Of a stretch of DNA of 64,000 nucleotides, positions 49,785 through 59,037 are shown piece by piece (within the stretch, counting starts at the first letter, position 1; every line of letters starts with the position of its first letter). Below the pieces are notes generated by a model. It was not told the origin of the DNA and ran no database searches. It saw only the letters and a program-made list of their open reading frames with translations. The translations under genes were made by a program, and so were the position numbers. Source of the DNA: Dehalococcoidia bacterium (GTDB lineage: Bacteria > Chloroflexota > Dehalococcoidia > Lucifugimonadales > UBA3495); the NCBI GenBank assembly GCA_965203435.1, contig CBDBCU010000002.1, positions 458,526 through 522,525 of the forward strand, read 5' to 3'.

Positions 49785-51458
49785 ATGCCCAACCTGAACG
49801 GAGGCCATCTTTTCATCCGCTGCCTGAAACAGGAAGGCGTGCGGCGGGTGTTCACCATTGTCGGCGACACCATCCTGCCCCTGGTGGACGCGGCCGCCGA
49901 TGAGGGCATTGAGTTTATTGACACCCGCCACGAGGGGGCGGCGATGCACATGGCCGACGGCTATGCCCGCATTACCGGAGAGCCGGCGGTGGCAATGTTC
50001 ACCGGCGGCCCCGGCTTTGCCAACGCCATCTCCGGCCTGCCGGCTATTTACACCTCGGAAAGCCCGGTTATCTTTGTGGCCGGCTGCGCCGAACTGCCGG
50101 AAAAGGGAATGACCACCTTTCAAGAAGTGGATCAGGTCGGGATGGCCGCCCCGGTAACTAAAGGTTCCTGGCTGATTCACGACCGCCAGCGCATTCCGGA
50201 GTTCGTCGCCACCGCCTTTCGTACCGCTATGGCCGGCCGGCCCGGCCCGGTGCATCTGACCTTGCCCATCGACATTCAAGACCAGCCCATTGCTGAGGAG
50301 GAACTGCCGCCTTGGCTGCCCTCCGAATATCGCAATATGGGCAAAGCCCACGGTGACCCGGCTTTGATTCAGCAGGCCGCCGACTTGCTGCGGTCGGCCC
50401 AGCGGCCGGTTATCATCGTGGGCAATCCGGCCCGCTACACCGCTACCCAAGAGCAGTTGACTGCCCTGGTGGAGGCCAGCGGCGTGCCGGCCTTTACCGT
50501 GGAGCAGGCCCGGGGGATGATTGACGATGAACATTCCCTATGTTTCGGCTATGCCGATGGCGCATTGAACGGGGCGGCCCGCCGTTTCCGGGAGGCGGAT
50601 GTCGTCCTGCTGCTGGGCAAGCGCCTGGATCATCGCTATCGCTACGGGCAGATTTTCAGTCCCGAGGCTAAACTGATTCAAGCCGACCCGGCTCCGGCGG
50701 AAATTGGCCGCAATCGCGGCGTAGCTGTCGGACTGCTGGGCGATTTGGGGGCCATTGCCGAGCAGTTGACCGCCGCCCTCAGCCGCGGCGGCGGCAAAAC
50801 CGATCTTTCCCCCTGGATTGCCCAACTGAGCCAAGACCGCGCCGCCTGGCTGAATCAGATGCGGGCCAACGCTGACGGCCAGGAACCCATGCACCCGGTC
50901 GATGTGTTCACCGGCATTGAGCATTTGATTGACGCCGACACTTTCATCATCCTGGACGGCGGCGACTATGTGCAGTGGGGTCGTTCCTATTTCAGTGCCC
51001 GAAGGCCGGGCCGGTTCCTGCGCTTGGGGCCGCTGGGCCACTTGGGCGGCGGGATTCCCTACGGTATGGCGGCCAAGCTGGCGCATCCGGAAAGCAAGGT
51101 GCTGGTCTTTTGCGGCGACGGCTCCTTTGGCTTTTATCCGATGGAGTACGACACCTGCATCCGGCACAACCTGCCCATCACCACCGTGCTGGGCAACGAT
51201 GCCACCTGGGGCATTGACAAGACCTTTCAGGTAGCCTACTACGGGCGGGCGGTAGGCACCGATTTGCGGTTCATCCGCTACGACCAGGTCGTGGCGGCCA
51301 TTGGCGGCTATGCCGAGTATGTGGAAAAGCCGGCGGAAGTAGGCCCGGCGGTGGAACGGGCCATAAACTCCGGCCTCCCGTCCCTGGTCAACATAGCCGT
51401 CCGCTCCGGAGCCAGCCCCCTGGCCGAGGCAATGATTAACCGGAGGACGGGGCGGTAG
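49785..51458 (+). CDS. thiamine diphosphate-dependent enzyme (acetolactate synthase large subunit/oxalyl-CoA decarboxylase-like family)
   Basis: ORF trimmed to ATG 49785 (AAAGGAG SD). GVRRVFTIVGDTILPLVDA, RHEGAAMHMADGYAR, ThDP motif CGDGSFGF...LGNDATWG. Confidence 0.85.
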   Translation: MPNLNGGHLFIRCLKQEGVRRVFTIVGDTILPLVDAAADEGIEFIDTRHEGAAMHMADGYARITGEPAVAMFTGGPGFANAISGLPAIYTSESPVIFVAGCAELPEKGMTTFQEVDQVGMAAPVTKGSWLIHDRQRIPEFVATAFRTAMAGRPGPVHLTLPIDIQDQPIAEEELPPWLPSEYRNMGKAHGDPALIQQAADLLRSAQRPVIIVGNPARYTATQEQLTALVEASGVPAFTVEQARGMIDDEHSLCFGYADGALNGAARRFREADVVLLLGKRLDHRYRYGQIFSPEAKLIQADPAPAEIGRNRGVAVGLLGDLGAIAEQLTAALSRGGGKTDLSPWIAQLSQDRAAWLNQMRANADGQEPMHPVDVFTGIEHLIDADTFIILDGGDYVQWGRSYFSARRPGRFLRLGPLGHLGGGIPYGMAAKLAHPESKVLVFCGDGSFGFYPMEYDTCIRHNLPITTVLGNDATWGIDKTFQVAYYGRAVGTDLRFIRYDQVVAAIGGYAEYVEKPAEVGPAVERAINSGLPSLVNIAVRSGASPLAEAMINRRTGR

Positions 51459-51551
51459 ATTAGACCCCGGCGCGGCTGATGCCAAAGTCCGCCCATTCCG
51501 GCCGGCAGGGGTGGGGGTGGGCGGATGTGGCAACCGTCCTTCAACCTATTA

Positions 51552-51716
51552 CTGTCATTCCCGCGTAAGCGGGAATCCAGAACGGTAATGCCTTATGATG
51601 CCGCATCCTAGTCGAGCAACATCTGGATTCCCGCTTACGCGGGAATGACGGTTCCGGGCGGCCGGGAATGACGGTAGCGAGGCGTGGGAATAACGGTAAG
51701 CAGTTGGGAAAGACGG
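51552..51716. repeat. REP-1 cluster with a composite element
   Basis: ctgtcattcccgcgtaagcgggaatccagaacggtaatgccttatgatgccgcatcc...ggattcccgcttacgcgggaatgacgg, plus degenerate gggaatgacgg copies. Confidence 0.85.
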
Positions 51717-51815
51717 TTGCTATAATGCCCTTGCCGGGCCAAAAGGCGATACGGCAAAAGAACCGGCATGGCAAAATTTACGGCAAAACAAAACCCTTTC
51801 CGGCTGGAGGCGGCT

Positions 51816-52061
51816 ATGAAAACCTATGTCTTTCAGGTAGTCATTGAACCCGACGAGGATCGCTGGCAAGCCTACTGCCCGGAACTGGTGCGGTACGGCG
51901 GGGCCACTTGGGGCTACACCCGGGAGGATGCGGAGAAAAACATCCGGGAAGTGCTGGCGATGACGCTGGAAACGATGGTGGAGTATAACTACGCCATCCC
52001 GGAAACGGCGGCCGAGAACGGCTTGGCCCCGGCGGGCGACTTGGTCGAGGTAACGGTCTAA
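51816..52061 (+). CDS. hicB: HicB-like antitoxin (UPF0150 family, short form)
   Basis: ATG 51816 after GGAGG. MKTYVFQVVIEPDEDRWQAYCPEL...GYTREDAEKNIREVL. Confidence 0.8.
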   Translation: MKTYVFQVVIEPDEDRWQAYCPELVRYGGATWGYTREDAEKNIREVLAMTLETMVEYNYAIPETAAENGLAPAGDLVEVTV

Positions 52062-52316
52062 ATGTCCATACCTTGGGGCCAGTTGCGGAGCTTGACCGCC
52101 CGTCAAATCGTGGCCGCTTTGCGGCGGGATGGCTTTGCGTTGGTTCGGCAAACCGGTAGCCACCGGCAATATATTCATCCCGACGACCTGCGGTTGGTTA
52201 CGGTGTCCTTTCACCGTCCCGGCCAGACCTTTCGCATCGACACCCTGCGGCGGATGCTACAAGACCAAGCCCGATGGACGGCCGCCGACCTGCGGCGGCT
52301 GGGTCTGCTGCGGTAG
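52062..52316 (+). CDS. hicA: HicA-family toxin (YcfA-like)
   Basis: ATG immediately after the hicB stop. LTARQIVAALRRDGFALVRQTGSHRQYIHPD. Confidence 0.85.
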   Translation: MSIPWGQLRSLTARQIVAALRRDGFALVRQTGSHRQYIHPDDLRLVTVSFHRPGQTFRIDTLRRMLQDQARWTAADLRRLGLLR

Positions 52317-52628
52317 CGGTGGCAAGGGCTGAAACCCGGAGTACGGCGAAAATACCCCGACCATTTCTTGGAGCAGTATAATCTCTCTGTATCGAAATGG
52401 CCGACTTGGTAAGCCGCCACCCATTCCCTTGCAACACTCCTACGCTTTCCGCCGTATATCAGCCTATATACCGCCCGGATTCGTCACCAAACCGGCTATA
52501 ACGGCAAATTGGAAATATGTTTGATTTATCTATTGACAACTATTGGCCGACCGGTTTATCCTATCCAATACAAATGCGCCGGCGCTGGCGCTTACTGGCG
52601 ACAACCCGAAACGGGAGGAGGCAAAGCT

Positions 52629-53906
52629 ATGCTGAAAATCGGGCATGAAGTAACCCGCCCGGGGCGCAACCTGGGCGAAGCCGCCGTAACCATCCCCATC
52701 CCGGAGGAACTGGAAACCGTCCCCGGCATTCCCCAGACCAAGCGGGAAGTGGACTGGTACGCCCGGGAGTATCCCCTGGAAACCATCAACATCACCGAGC
52801 GGGCCTCCCGGGACTGGGCCAACACCCTGCGGGATCAGCACGCCGAAATGCGGGAAATCCGCAAGGAGCATGAAAAGCTCAACCGGCCGCTGATTATGGC
52901 CTGCCGGATGACCGCCGACCTGGAACCCACCGCCCAGCCCAGCGGCGCGGATGTTTCCGAGCTCATTAAGAGCAAGGCCCGGGAACTGGGCTTTGTGGAA
53001 GTGGGCATCACCGCCTTCGACCACCGCTATACCTTCCAGAGCAAAAAGAACAGCACCACCTACTACGAGCATTTCGTCGCCCTGGCCTACGAGCAGGACT
53101 TCGAGCCGACCCAGACCATCCCCAGCGTGGATGCGGAAATCGTCCATTCCAGCACCTACCGCACCGAGGGCGCGGCCGCCCTGGAACTGGGCAACTACAT
53201 CCGCTCCCTGGGCTACCACGCCCAGGTGATGGGCTCCGGCGACTCCGCCGGCCCCTACATTCCCATGCACGTGGCCGCCGGCGTCGGCCAGCTGGGGGCC
53301 TGCGGCTACCTGCTCACCCCCCATGTCGGCTCCCGCTGCCGCCTGGTGGGGCTGACCACCGACGCCAAAGTCACCTATGACCAGCCGGTGGACTATGGCA
53401 TCCACGCCTTTTGCCAGGTCTGCCAGGTCTGCGTCAACCGCTGCCCCGGCCGCGCCCTGATGCGGGATAAGATCTGGTGGCGGGGGATTGAAAAGAACAA
53501 GCTCTACTTCAAGCGCTGCCGCCCGGTGATGGCCCGCTACCTGGGCTGCGGCATCTGCATGAAGGTCTGCCCCATCCAGAAGTACGGCCTCCAGAATGTG
53601 ATGGAACACTACGCCGTCACCGGCCAGGTGCTGGGCAAAGGCACCCACGACCTGGAGGGGTACGAGCTGGAGGGCAAGGGCTACTTCGGCCCCGGCGAGA
53701 TGCCGGTGTTCGATGCCGGGTTCTTTAATATGCCCCACGGCGGCACCGACGAGTGGGCTTTTGACCGCTTTAAGGAGCAGGCCAAGGCTACCGGCGGCGA
53801 TGTCAGCGACGAAATGTTGCAGGAACTGAAGGAGGACATCCTCAAGTCCCTGTTCCAGGCCACCGACAATGTGGGCATGATGGACGAGGACGCCGACTAC
53901 ATCTAG
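52629..53906 (+). CDS. reductive dehalogenase-family/epoxyqueuosine reductase-like protein with two 4Fe-4S motifs; no Tat signal seen
   Basis: ORF trimmed to ATG 52629 (GGGAGGAGG SD). ELIKSKARELGFVEVGIT, CQVCQVCVNRCP and CGICMKVCP cluster motifs. Confidence 0.55.
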   Translation: MLKIGHEVTRPGRNLGEAAVTIPIPEELETVPGIPQTKREVDWYAREYPLETINITERASRDWANTLRDQHAEMREIRKEHEKLNRPLIMACRMTADLEPTAQPSGADVSELIKSKARELGFVEVGITAFDHRYTFQSKKNSTTYYEHFVALAYEQDFEPTQTIPSVDAEIVHSSTYRTEGAAALELGNYIRSLGYHAQVMGSGDSAGPYIPMHVAAGVGQLGACGYLLTPHVGSRCRLVGLTTDAKVTYDQPVDYGIHAFCQVCQVCVNRCPGRALMRDKIWWRGIEKNKLYFKRCRPVMARYLGCGICMKVCPIQKYGLQNVMEHYAVTGQVLGKGTHDLEGYELEGKGYFGPGEMPVFDAGFFNMPHGGTDEWAFDRFKEQAKATGGDVSDEMLQELKEDILKSLFQATDNVGMMDEDADYI

Positions 53907-53943
53907 CCGGCAGTCCATCCTCCGGTCAGCACAACGGCCAAAG

Positions 53944-53982
53944 GCGGCCGGCAGTATTTCTACTGCCGGCCGCAACCTTTTT
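53944..53982 (+). terminator. intrinsic terminator
   Basis: GCGGCCGGCAGTA-tttc-TACTGCCGGCCGC, then aaccTTTTT. Confidence 0.75.
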
Positions 53983-54012
53983 GCCCGGCGGCCGGGCATT
54001 GGCTTATAGAAA

Positions 54013-54422
54013 CCGTCATTCCCGCGCTTTTCTACCATCATCCCCATCCCTCTCTACCGTCATTCCCGCGTAAGCGGGAATCCAGAACGGTATTGAAAAG
54101 ACAAGCCTACTACCAATCGGGCATTTCTGGATTCCCGCTTACGCGGGAATGACGGTGGGGGCGGCCGAGAATGACGGTAGAAAAGGGGCGGCCGTCCCGG
54201 ATTCCCGCTTGCGCGGGAATGACGGTAGAGGGCGGCCGGGAATGACGGTAGGGATGGGCGGCCGTTCGGGATTCCCGCTCACGCGGGAATGACGGTAGGG
54301 GGCTGCCGGGAATGGCGGTAAAAAAGGGCGGCCGTTCTGGATTCCCGCTTACGCGGGAATGACGGTAGCAAGGGCGGCCGGAATGACGGTGAGGGCGGTA
54401 AGGTTATGCGCGGGAAGGACTG
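54013..54422. repeat. REP-1 cluster: one composite element followed by four 70-bp tandem units
   Basis: ggattcccgct(t/c)(a/g)cgcgggaatgacgg starts at 54129, 54199, 54269 and 54339 (period 70). Each is followed by a degenerate gggaatgacgg half copy. Confidence 0.9.
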
Positions 54423-54441
54423 TAAGAATTGCCCCCCGGCG

Positions 54442-55722
54442 CTAAAAGAACCGCCCCCGAATCCGGCCCCGGCGGTAAGCAATGCGGAGGGCCAGGGCCG
54501 CGCCGCCGGCCAGAATCGCTATCCCGCTCAAAAGGCCCACTATCAGCCAGGGCTGCAAGGCAAAATCCGGATCCACATAGGACACCATAAGGCGGGAATC
54601 CGGTTGTTTGGGCCGCGGCGTATCCGCAGCGGATTGACTGCCGGGTTGATGGACGCCCTCCCGCAGTTCCTTGTGGCGTACCCGGCCCTGGTTTTCGACG
54701 AAAGCCGTGGCCGCGGCAAAATCGGCGGCATAAACCCGGAAAGTTACATTGGCCTGTTCCCCATCGGCATAGGTCAGCCAATACACCTCGTCCAATGCGC
54801 CCTCCCGCTGGGCCACATAATCCTTGAGCTGCGTCACCCGGTCGGCCACATTGGACACTTCCAGGGTAAAGCTGGCCCGGGGCGGATCGGACGGCCCCAA
54901 TCCCGGCGGCAGCAGGGTCAGCCGGATGGATGCCAATTCCACCCGCCGCTCCAGAAAGTTCCGCTGCCCCTGCCAGCGTTCCACCTCGGCCCGCACCCGG
55001 GCCAATTCCCGCTCCACCGCCAGAATTTCCGCTACGCTGCCGCTGCGTTCCAGCAGAGCCAGCAGGCTTTGCTCCTCCCGCATGGCGCTGTTCAGCCGGG
55101 CCGACAGGTCAATATGCTGCGCGGTAACATCCTCTTGCCCTAAAGTGCGGAACTGCACTTCGCCCAGGGATTCCAGGCGTTCCAGGGCCGGGAAAAACTG
55201 CGGCTGCGGCACGCGCAGGGTCAAATCGGCCCGAGGCGGTTCCGCCCCGCCGGCGCTGGACAGCTGCTCGACGAACCCGCCCAAATCCGCGGCAATGTTG
55301 CGGGCGCGGGTTACGGCCCGCTCCACAGAATCCGCCGCAATAGTCAATTCCGCGGTGGATATGATTTGGCGTACGGCAACTTGCCCGGTTTCCCGGCCGG
55401 CGGCATTGGCGGCGCGGTTCATCCCGGCCGCCGTGGCCGCCGGCATGGCCCGGGGGGCCGGGGTAGGGATGGCGGCCGCCGCATCCGATTTCGGAAAAGA
55501 CGCGACCGGGATTGCATTGCCGCTTTCCCCGTCGGCCCCATCCCTGGCTTGAATTGCGGCCGATTCCGTCCGGTCAAGACCCGATACTATCCCGGTCTGC
55601 GGCCAACCCGGAGCGGCCGGAGCGGCCGCCGTTGCCCCCTCGTCCGCGCCGGCGCAACCGATCAGCAGCATTAAAAGCGCCAGAGCCGTTGCCGCAAAAA
55701 CCCAAAGTTTCCCTGTTGCCAT
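54442..55722 (-). CDS. DUF4349-like lipoprotein with C-terminal TM anchor
   Basis: Lipobox LMLLIGC-AG. Coiled-coil-like ...DVTAQHIDLSARLNSAMREEQSLLALLE...ERELARVRAEVERWQGQRNFLERRVELASIRLTL. C-terminal helix WLIVGLLSGIAILAGGAALAL. Confidence 0.6.
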   Translation of the reverse strand: MATGKLWVFAATALALLMLLIGCAGADEGATAAAPAAPGWPQTGIVSGLDRTESAAIQARDGADGESGNAIPVASFPKSDAAAAIPTPAPRAMPAATAAGMNRAANAAGRETGQVAVRQIISTAELTIAADSVERAVTRARNIAADLGGFVEQLSSAGGAEPPRADLTLRVPQPQFFPALERLESLGEVQFRTLGQEDVTAQHIDLSARLNSAMREEQSLLALLERSGSVAEILAVERELARVRAEVERWQGQRNFLERRVELASIRLTLLPPGLGPSDPPRASFTLEVSNVADRVTQLKDYVAQREGALDEVYWLTYADGEQANVTFRVYAADFAAATAFVENQGRVRHKELREGVHQPGSQSAADTPRPKQPDSRLMVSYVDPDFALQPWLIVGLLSGIAILAGGAALALRIAYRRGRIRGRFF

Positions 55723-55867
55723 AGACTCCGCCCGCCTTGCCGGGAATAAGTTGAATGTGGCCCCAATTTTACTACAAAAAGGGATGGCGGCGGTATCCCG
55801 AAATTTCCCCGTCTTGATTCAGTTGCCTGGCAGGATGAACCCTTTGCCGTCATTCGCTATCCTCCCA

Positions 55868-55965
55868 CCGTCATTCCCGCGTAAGCGGGAATCCCGAACG
55901 GTACTGTCTTATGATGGTATTGTCGACAGGCAACCGTGGGATTCCCGCTTACGCGGGAATGACGG
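55868..55965. repeat. REP-1 composite element
   Basis: ccgtcattcccgcgtaagcgggaatcccgaacggtactgtcttatgatggtattgtcgacaggcaaccgtgggattcccgcttacgcgggaatgacgg. Confidence 0.85.
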
Positions 55966-56003
55966 TAGGGGGCCGTCAACCACCTTTCTATACAGACACC
56001 CAA

Positions 56004-56038
56004 AATCCTGTCTATCCTGTCTATCCATGTTTGAATCC
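56004..56038. repeat. MITE-3 solo terminal repeat
   Basis: aatcctgtctatcctgtctatccatgtttgaatcc. Same REP-1 + MITE-3-end arrangement as 7803..7969. Confidence 0.7.
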
Positions 56039-56207
56039 GTCTCCCTTTGGGCGGGCCGGGCGGTAAAGGGGCGGCGGAAATGGCGGTTTATACAGGCGAT
56101 TGCCCGGTGCCATTACGAATTACCCCTAGCCTTTTCGCAGATTTGGCGTTATTATGGGCATATATCAGGGCGCGACGGACCCAATCCTTAATGCGGAGGG
56201 GGAAATT

Positions 56208-57191
56208 ATGAACGACTACACCATCAGCATTGGTACTGTCGGCGGGGGCTTGTCGGTCAGCCCGGACGGGGGCGAAACCTGGAATCGCATCCGGGATCCC
56301 CTGCCCTCGGAAGGCAATGTGCGGGCCTTGACCGTCTATCCCGACGACCCGCAGCGCCTTATCGCCGGCACGGATGGCGGTATTTTCCGCAGCGACGACA
56401 ACGGCGTCTCCTGGCAGGAACTGGATTCCCCGATGGGCAGTATCCAAATCTGGTCGGTGGCCGTGGATCCGGAGGATGCGGACACCATTTTTGCCGGCAC
56501 CCGCCCGGACGCTTTCCGCTCCCGGGATGGCGGCAAAACCTGGGAACAGCTTTCCCTGGGCGTAACCCTGCCCTGTCCGGTGGGCATTCCCCGCACCACC
56601 AACATCATCGTCGACCCCCGGGATCATCGGACGGTGTGGGCCGGCATTGAGGTGGATGGCATTTACAAGAGTATGGACGGCGGCGACCGCTGGCTGCACC
56701 TGCCCGACCTGGGGCCGGATCCCTTTCACGGGGATATTCACGGGATGGCCCTGCGGCGGGCCGGCGGACGGACGGCCATTCACGCCACCACGCCCTTTGG
56801 CATTTCCACCAGCGTGGATGAGGGGGAAAGCTGGGATTTGCACGAGTTTCCCAAGTTTCACGCCGACGACCGCCGTTCCTACTGCCGGGGGATGGCGGTC
56901 AAACCGGACAATCCGCAGGTGATGTTCGTCGGCAACGGCGATTCCATTCCCGGCGTTACCGGAGCCATCCGGCGCACCACCGACGGCGGCCAGACCTGGC
57001 AGGCGGTCAATCTGCCGGTGCCGCCCAATTCGGTGGTTTATTGGTTCGGCGTCCACCCGGCACTGCCGGAGGTAGTCATCGCCGCCAGCCTGTACGGGTA
57101 TGTCTATCGCAGCGCGGATGGCGGCGACACCTGGGAAAAGCTGCCCAAAGAGTTCGGGGAAATCCGCGCCGTAGCCCTGACGCCTAATTAG
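56208..57191 (+). CDS. BNR/Asp-box repeat beta-propeller protein
   Basis: ATG 56208 after GGAGGGGG. Six S-x-D-x-G-x-(T/S/R)-W motifs: SPDGGETW, SDDNGVSW, SRDGGKTW, SMDGGDRW, TTDGGQTW, SADGGDTW. Confidence 0.8.
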   Translation: MNDYTISIGTVGGGLSVSPDGGETWNRIRDPLPSEGNVRALTVYPDDPQRLIAGTDGGIFRSDDNGVSWQELDSPMGSIQIWSVAVDPEDADTIFAGTRPDAFRSRDGGKTWEQLSLGVTLPCPVGIPRTTNIIVDPRDHRTVWAGIEVDGIYKSMDGGDRWLHLPDLGPDPFHGDIHGMALRRAGGRTAIHATTPFGISTSVDEGESWDLHEFPKFHADDRRSYCRGMAVKPDNPQVMFVGNGDSIPGVTGAIRRTTDGGQTWQAVNLPVPPNSVVYWFGVHPALPEVVIAASLYGYVYRSADGGDTWEKLPKEFGEIRAVALTPN

Positions 57192-57235
57192 GGGAGGGAT
57201 GCGGCCGGGCAATACCCGGATTAGTAGCCTGGTTT

Positions 57236-57267
57236 AAGGGGCGGGGATATTGCCAACCCCGCCCCTT
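57236..57267. terminator. GC-rich hairpin between convergent genes (possible bidirectional terminator; no clear U-tract)
   Basis: AAGGGGCGGGG-atattgccaa-CCCCGCCCCTT. Confidence 0.4.
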
Positions 57268-57296
57268 GGGTTAGCGATTTGCACGCTATCCCGGAT

Positions 57297-58400
57297 TTAT
57301 CCCCCCAGCATTTCGGCCAGATCCGGGGGCATTTGGATACCATGCCGCTGCTCAAAGGCGGCGACGGTTTCGTAGTCCTCTAGGAATGAACCCGCAATGT
57401 CCGCCCCTTTACTGAGTGCGACATTAAAATCTGCTCTGGCCCGCTCCCATTCGCCCAAATGCAACCAAGCCTCTCCGCGATAGTAGTAAGCCGCCGCATA
57501 ATCCGGGTCCAGGTTTATGGCGCTAGTAAGGTCTTGGATAGTGAGGTCCCACTCGCTTTTAAGCCGGTAAGTAAAGCCGCGATTGAAATAACCCACGGCG
57601 TAATCCGGATCCAGATCTACGGCTTGGTTAAAATCTGCAATAGCAAGGTCGATCTCCCCTATCGTCTGGTATGCCGCGCCGCGACCATTATAGGCTTCAA
57701 CCAGTTGGGGATTAAGAGCCAAGGCTTGGCTGAAACGTTCAATGGCCCCTGGATAATCCGCCCTGTCCAGATAAGACTGGCCGGCGCTGAAAGTGGCGGA
57801 GGCTTCCTGGTGGATGGCCGCGTACCGGATATAGCCGTGCAGGTCGTTATAGATAGTTTCAGCGGCAATGCCGTGACCCTGGCGCAGGTAGCGCAACAGC
57901 GGCGCTTTGCGCTGAGCCGGAATAACGACCACAATATCCGGCTCAATAAAGCCTTCCGGTGGGCGCACGAAAATGCTTTTCTGGGCGATGGCCCGGTTCA
58001 CCGGGCGGCTCGGCTCGTAGATGGAATCGGCAATCGCCGCTGACTTTTTCAGCAGAAGGACGCGGCCATCCTGGGAAGGGCTGCCATCGCAGGCAAAGAA
58101 CAGGGCAATGAGATAGTCGGCGGTAAAGTCAATCAGGTTGGTCTTGCCGCCGTAATGCTGGAGTTCGGTCAGAATTTCAAACGCATCCTTCTCGGTAGTG
58201 AACCGCTGCGCTTCCAACAAGCGTATTTCTTGCACGGCTTCGACTTGACCGCGCAAGTGGCCCGGTAGCTCGCGGTAGAGGCCGGAGGATACCTCGGGAT
58301 AGCACTGGGGTTCGCCCCGGAAAATGTAATCCCCGGCGGCGGCTTCCCGCGCCAAATTGGTAATTACTTCCAGGACTTCTCCCAAGGCATCGCTAGGCAT
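57297..58400 (-). CDS. FRG-domain protein fused to C-terminal TPR repeats
   Basis: ORF 57297..58577 trimmed to ATG 58400. DYIFRGEPQCY...LTELQHYGGKTNLIDFTADYLIALFFAC (FRG pattern), then ~4 TPR units (AIERFSQALALNPQLVEAYNGRGAAY...). Confidence 0.8.
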   Translation of the reverse strand: MPSDALGEVLEVITNLAREAAAGDYIFRGEPQCYPEVSSGLYRELPGHLRGQVEAVQEIRLLEAQRFTTEKDAFEILTELQHYGGKTNLIDFTADYLIALFFACDGSPSQDGRVLLLKKSAAIADSIYEPSRPVNRAIAQKSIFVRPPEGFIEPDIVVVIPAQRKAPLLRYLRQGHGIAAETIYNDLHGYIRYAAIHQEASATFSAGQSYLDRADYPGAIERFSQALALNPQLVEAYNGRGAAYQTIGEIDLAIADFNQAVDLDPDYAVGYFNRGFTYRLKSEWDLTIQDLTSAINLDPDYAAAYYYRGEAWLHLGEWERARADFNVALSKGADIAGSFLEDYETVAAFEQRHGIQMPPDLAEMLGG

Positions 58401-58569
58401 ACCGACTTTCGTCCTTACCCGGTTGCTGGCGCAGGGGCAACCGAGCGCCGCCGCGCTGCGGCAACCGCCGCCGCCGCACCGGTTGTTGGCCCGTCTTGCC
58501 GGACTTGCCGGAAGGCCCGGTTTTCGCCCCCGACGAAGGGCTGTAGTTGGTCGCGCTAATGGGCTGCAT
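58393..58569 (-). CDS. small basic ORF (58 aa), translationally coupled to the FRG-TPR gene
   Basis: GGAGGTGA SD 5 nt upstream of ATG 58569. MQPISATNYSPSSGAKTGPSGKSGKTGQQPVRRRRLPQRGGARLPLRQQPGKDESRYA. Its TAG overlaps the FRG ATG (tATGCCTAG). A paralog lies at 58753..58932. Confidence 0.5.
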   Translation of the reverse strand: MQPISATNYSPSSGAKTGPSGKSGKTGQQPVRRRRLPQRGGARLPLRQQPGKDESRYA

Positions 58570-58597
58570 TGTGTCACCTCCTGCCCAAGATACCCGG

Positions 58598-58626
58598 ATT
58601 GTCCCCCATTCCACTGCCTTTGTCAA
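58598..58626 (-). promoter_or_regulatory. promoter for small ORF 1 / FRG-TPR (TTGACA-N17-GACAAT)
   Basis: tgtcaa 58621..58626 and attgtc 58598..58603 on the + strand. Confidence 0.5.
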
Positions 58627-58646
58627 GGGCAAAACCGGCAATTCAA

Positions 58647-58766
58647 TCAGCCTTTACCCGGCCGCCCCACCCTTGCGGGAATAGCACCGGTTCCATCCCC
58701 GGCGGCGGCTTTCCGCGCCAGATTGGTGATTACTTCCAGGACTTCGCCCAGTTCATCGCTGGACAT
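58647..58766 (-). pseudogene. duplicated 5' fragment of the FRG gene (first ~25 codons, then divergence and a stop)
   Basis: MSSDELGEVLEVITNLARKAAAGD... versus MPSDALGEVLEVITNLAREAAAGD... of 58400. Ends ...GRPGKG-TGA at 58647. Confidence 0.65.
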
Positions 58767-58932
58767 ACCGAATTTCGACCTTGCCCGTCTGCGGGTTCAG
58801 AGTAAACTGAGCGCCGCCGCGCTGTTGCCGCCGCCTCCGCACCGGTTGCCGGCCCGTCTTGCCACAAGTCCGGCAGGGCGCAGTTTTCGTCCCTGCCCGA
58901 GGGCTGTAGCTGGTCGCGCTAATGGGCTGCAT
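58753..58932 (-). CDS. small basic ORF (59 aa), paralog of 58393..58569
   Basis: GGGAGGTGA SD. MQPISATSYSPRAGTKTAPCRTCGKTGRQPVRRRRQQRGGAQFTLNPQTGKVEIRYVQR. Its stop overlaps the ATG of the FRG fragment. Confidence 0.45.
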   Translation of the reverse strand: MQPISATSYSPRAGTKTAPCRTCGKTGRQPVRRRRQQRGGAQFTLNPQTGKVEIRYVQR

Positions 58933-58961
58933 TGATGTCACCTCCCGCCCTTGATAAGTTG

Positions 58962-58990
58962 ATTATCCCCCATTTCCCCGCCTTGGTCAA
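58962..58990 (-). promoter_or_regulatory. promoter for small ORF 2 (TTGACC-N17-GATAAT)
   Basis: ggtcaa 58985..58990 and attatc 58962..58967 on the + strand. Confidence 0.5.
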
Positions 58991-59037
58991 GGGTAAAACC
59001 GGCAATGCAATCGGCCTTTCCCCGGCCGCCCACCTGC

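Noticed and set aside
54129-54400. 70-bp periodic array as a possible CRISPR or coding repeat
   Set aside because: Same REP-1 hairpin family. The sequence between hairpins is itself a conserved degenerate half copy rather than a unique spacer. No ORF with sensible composition spans it.
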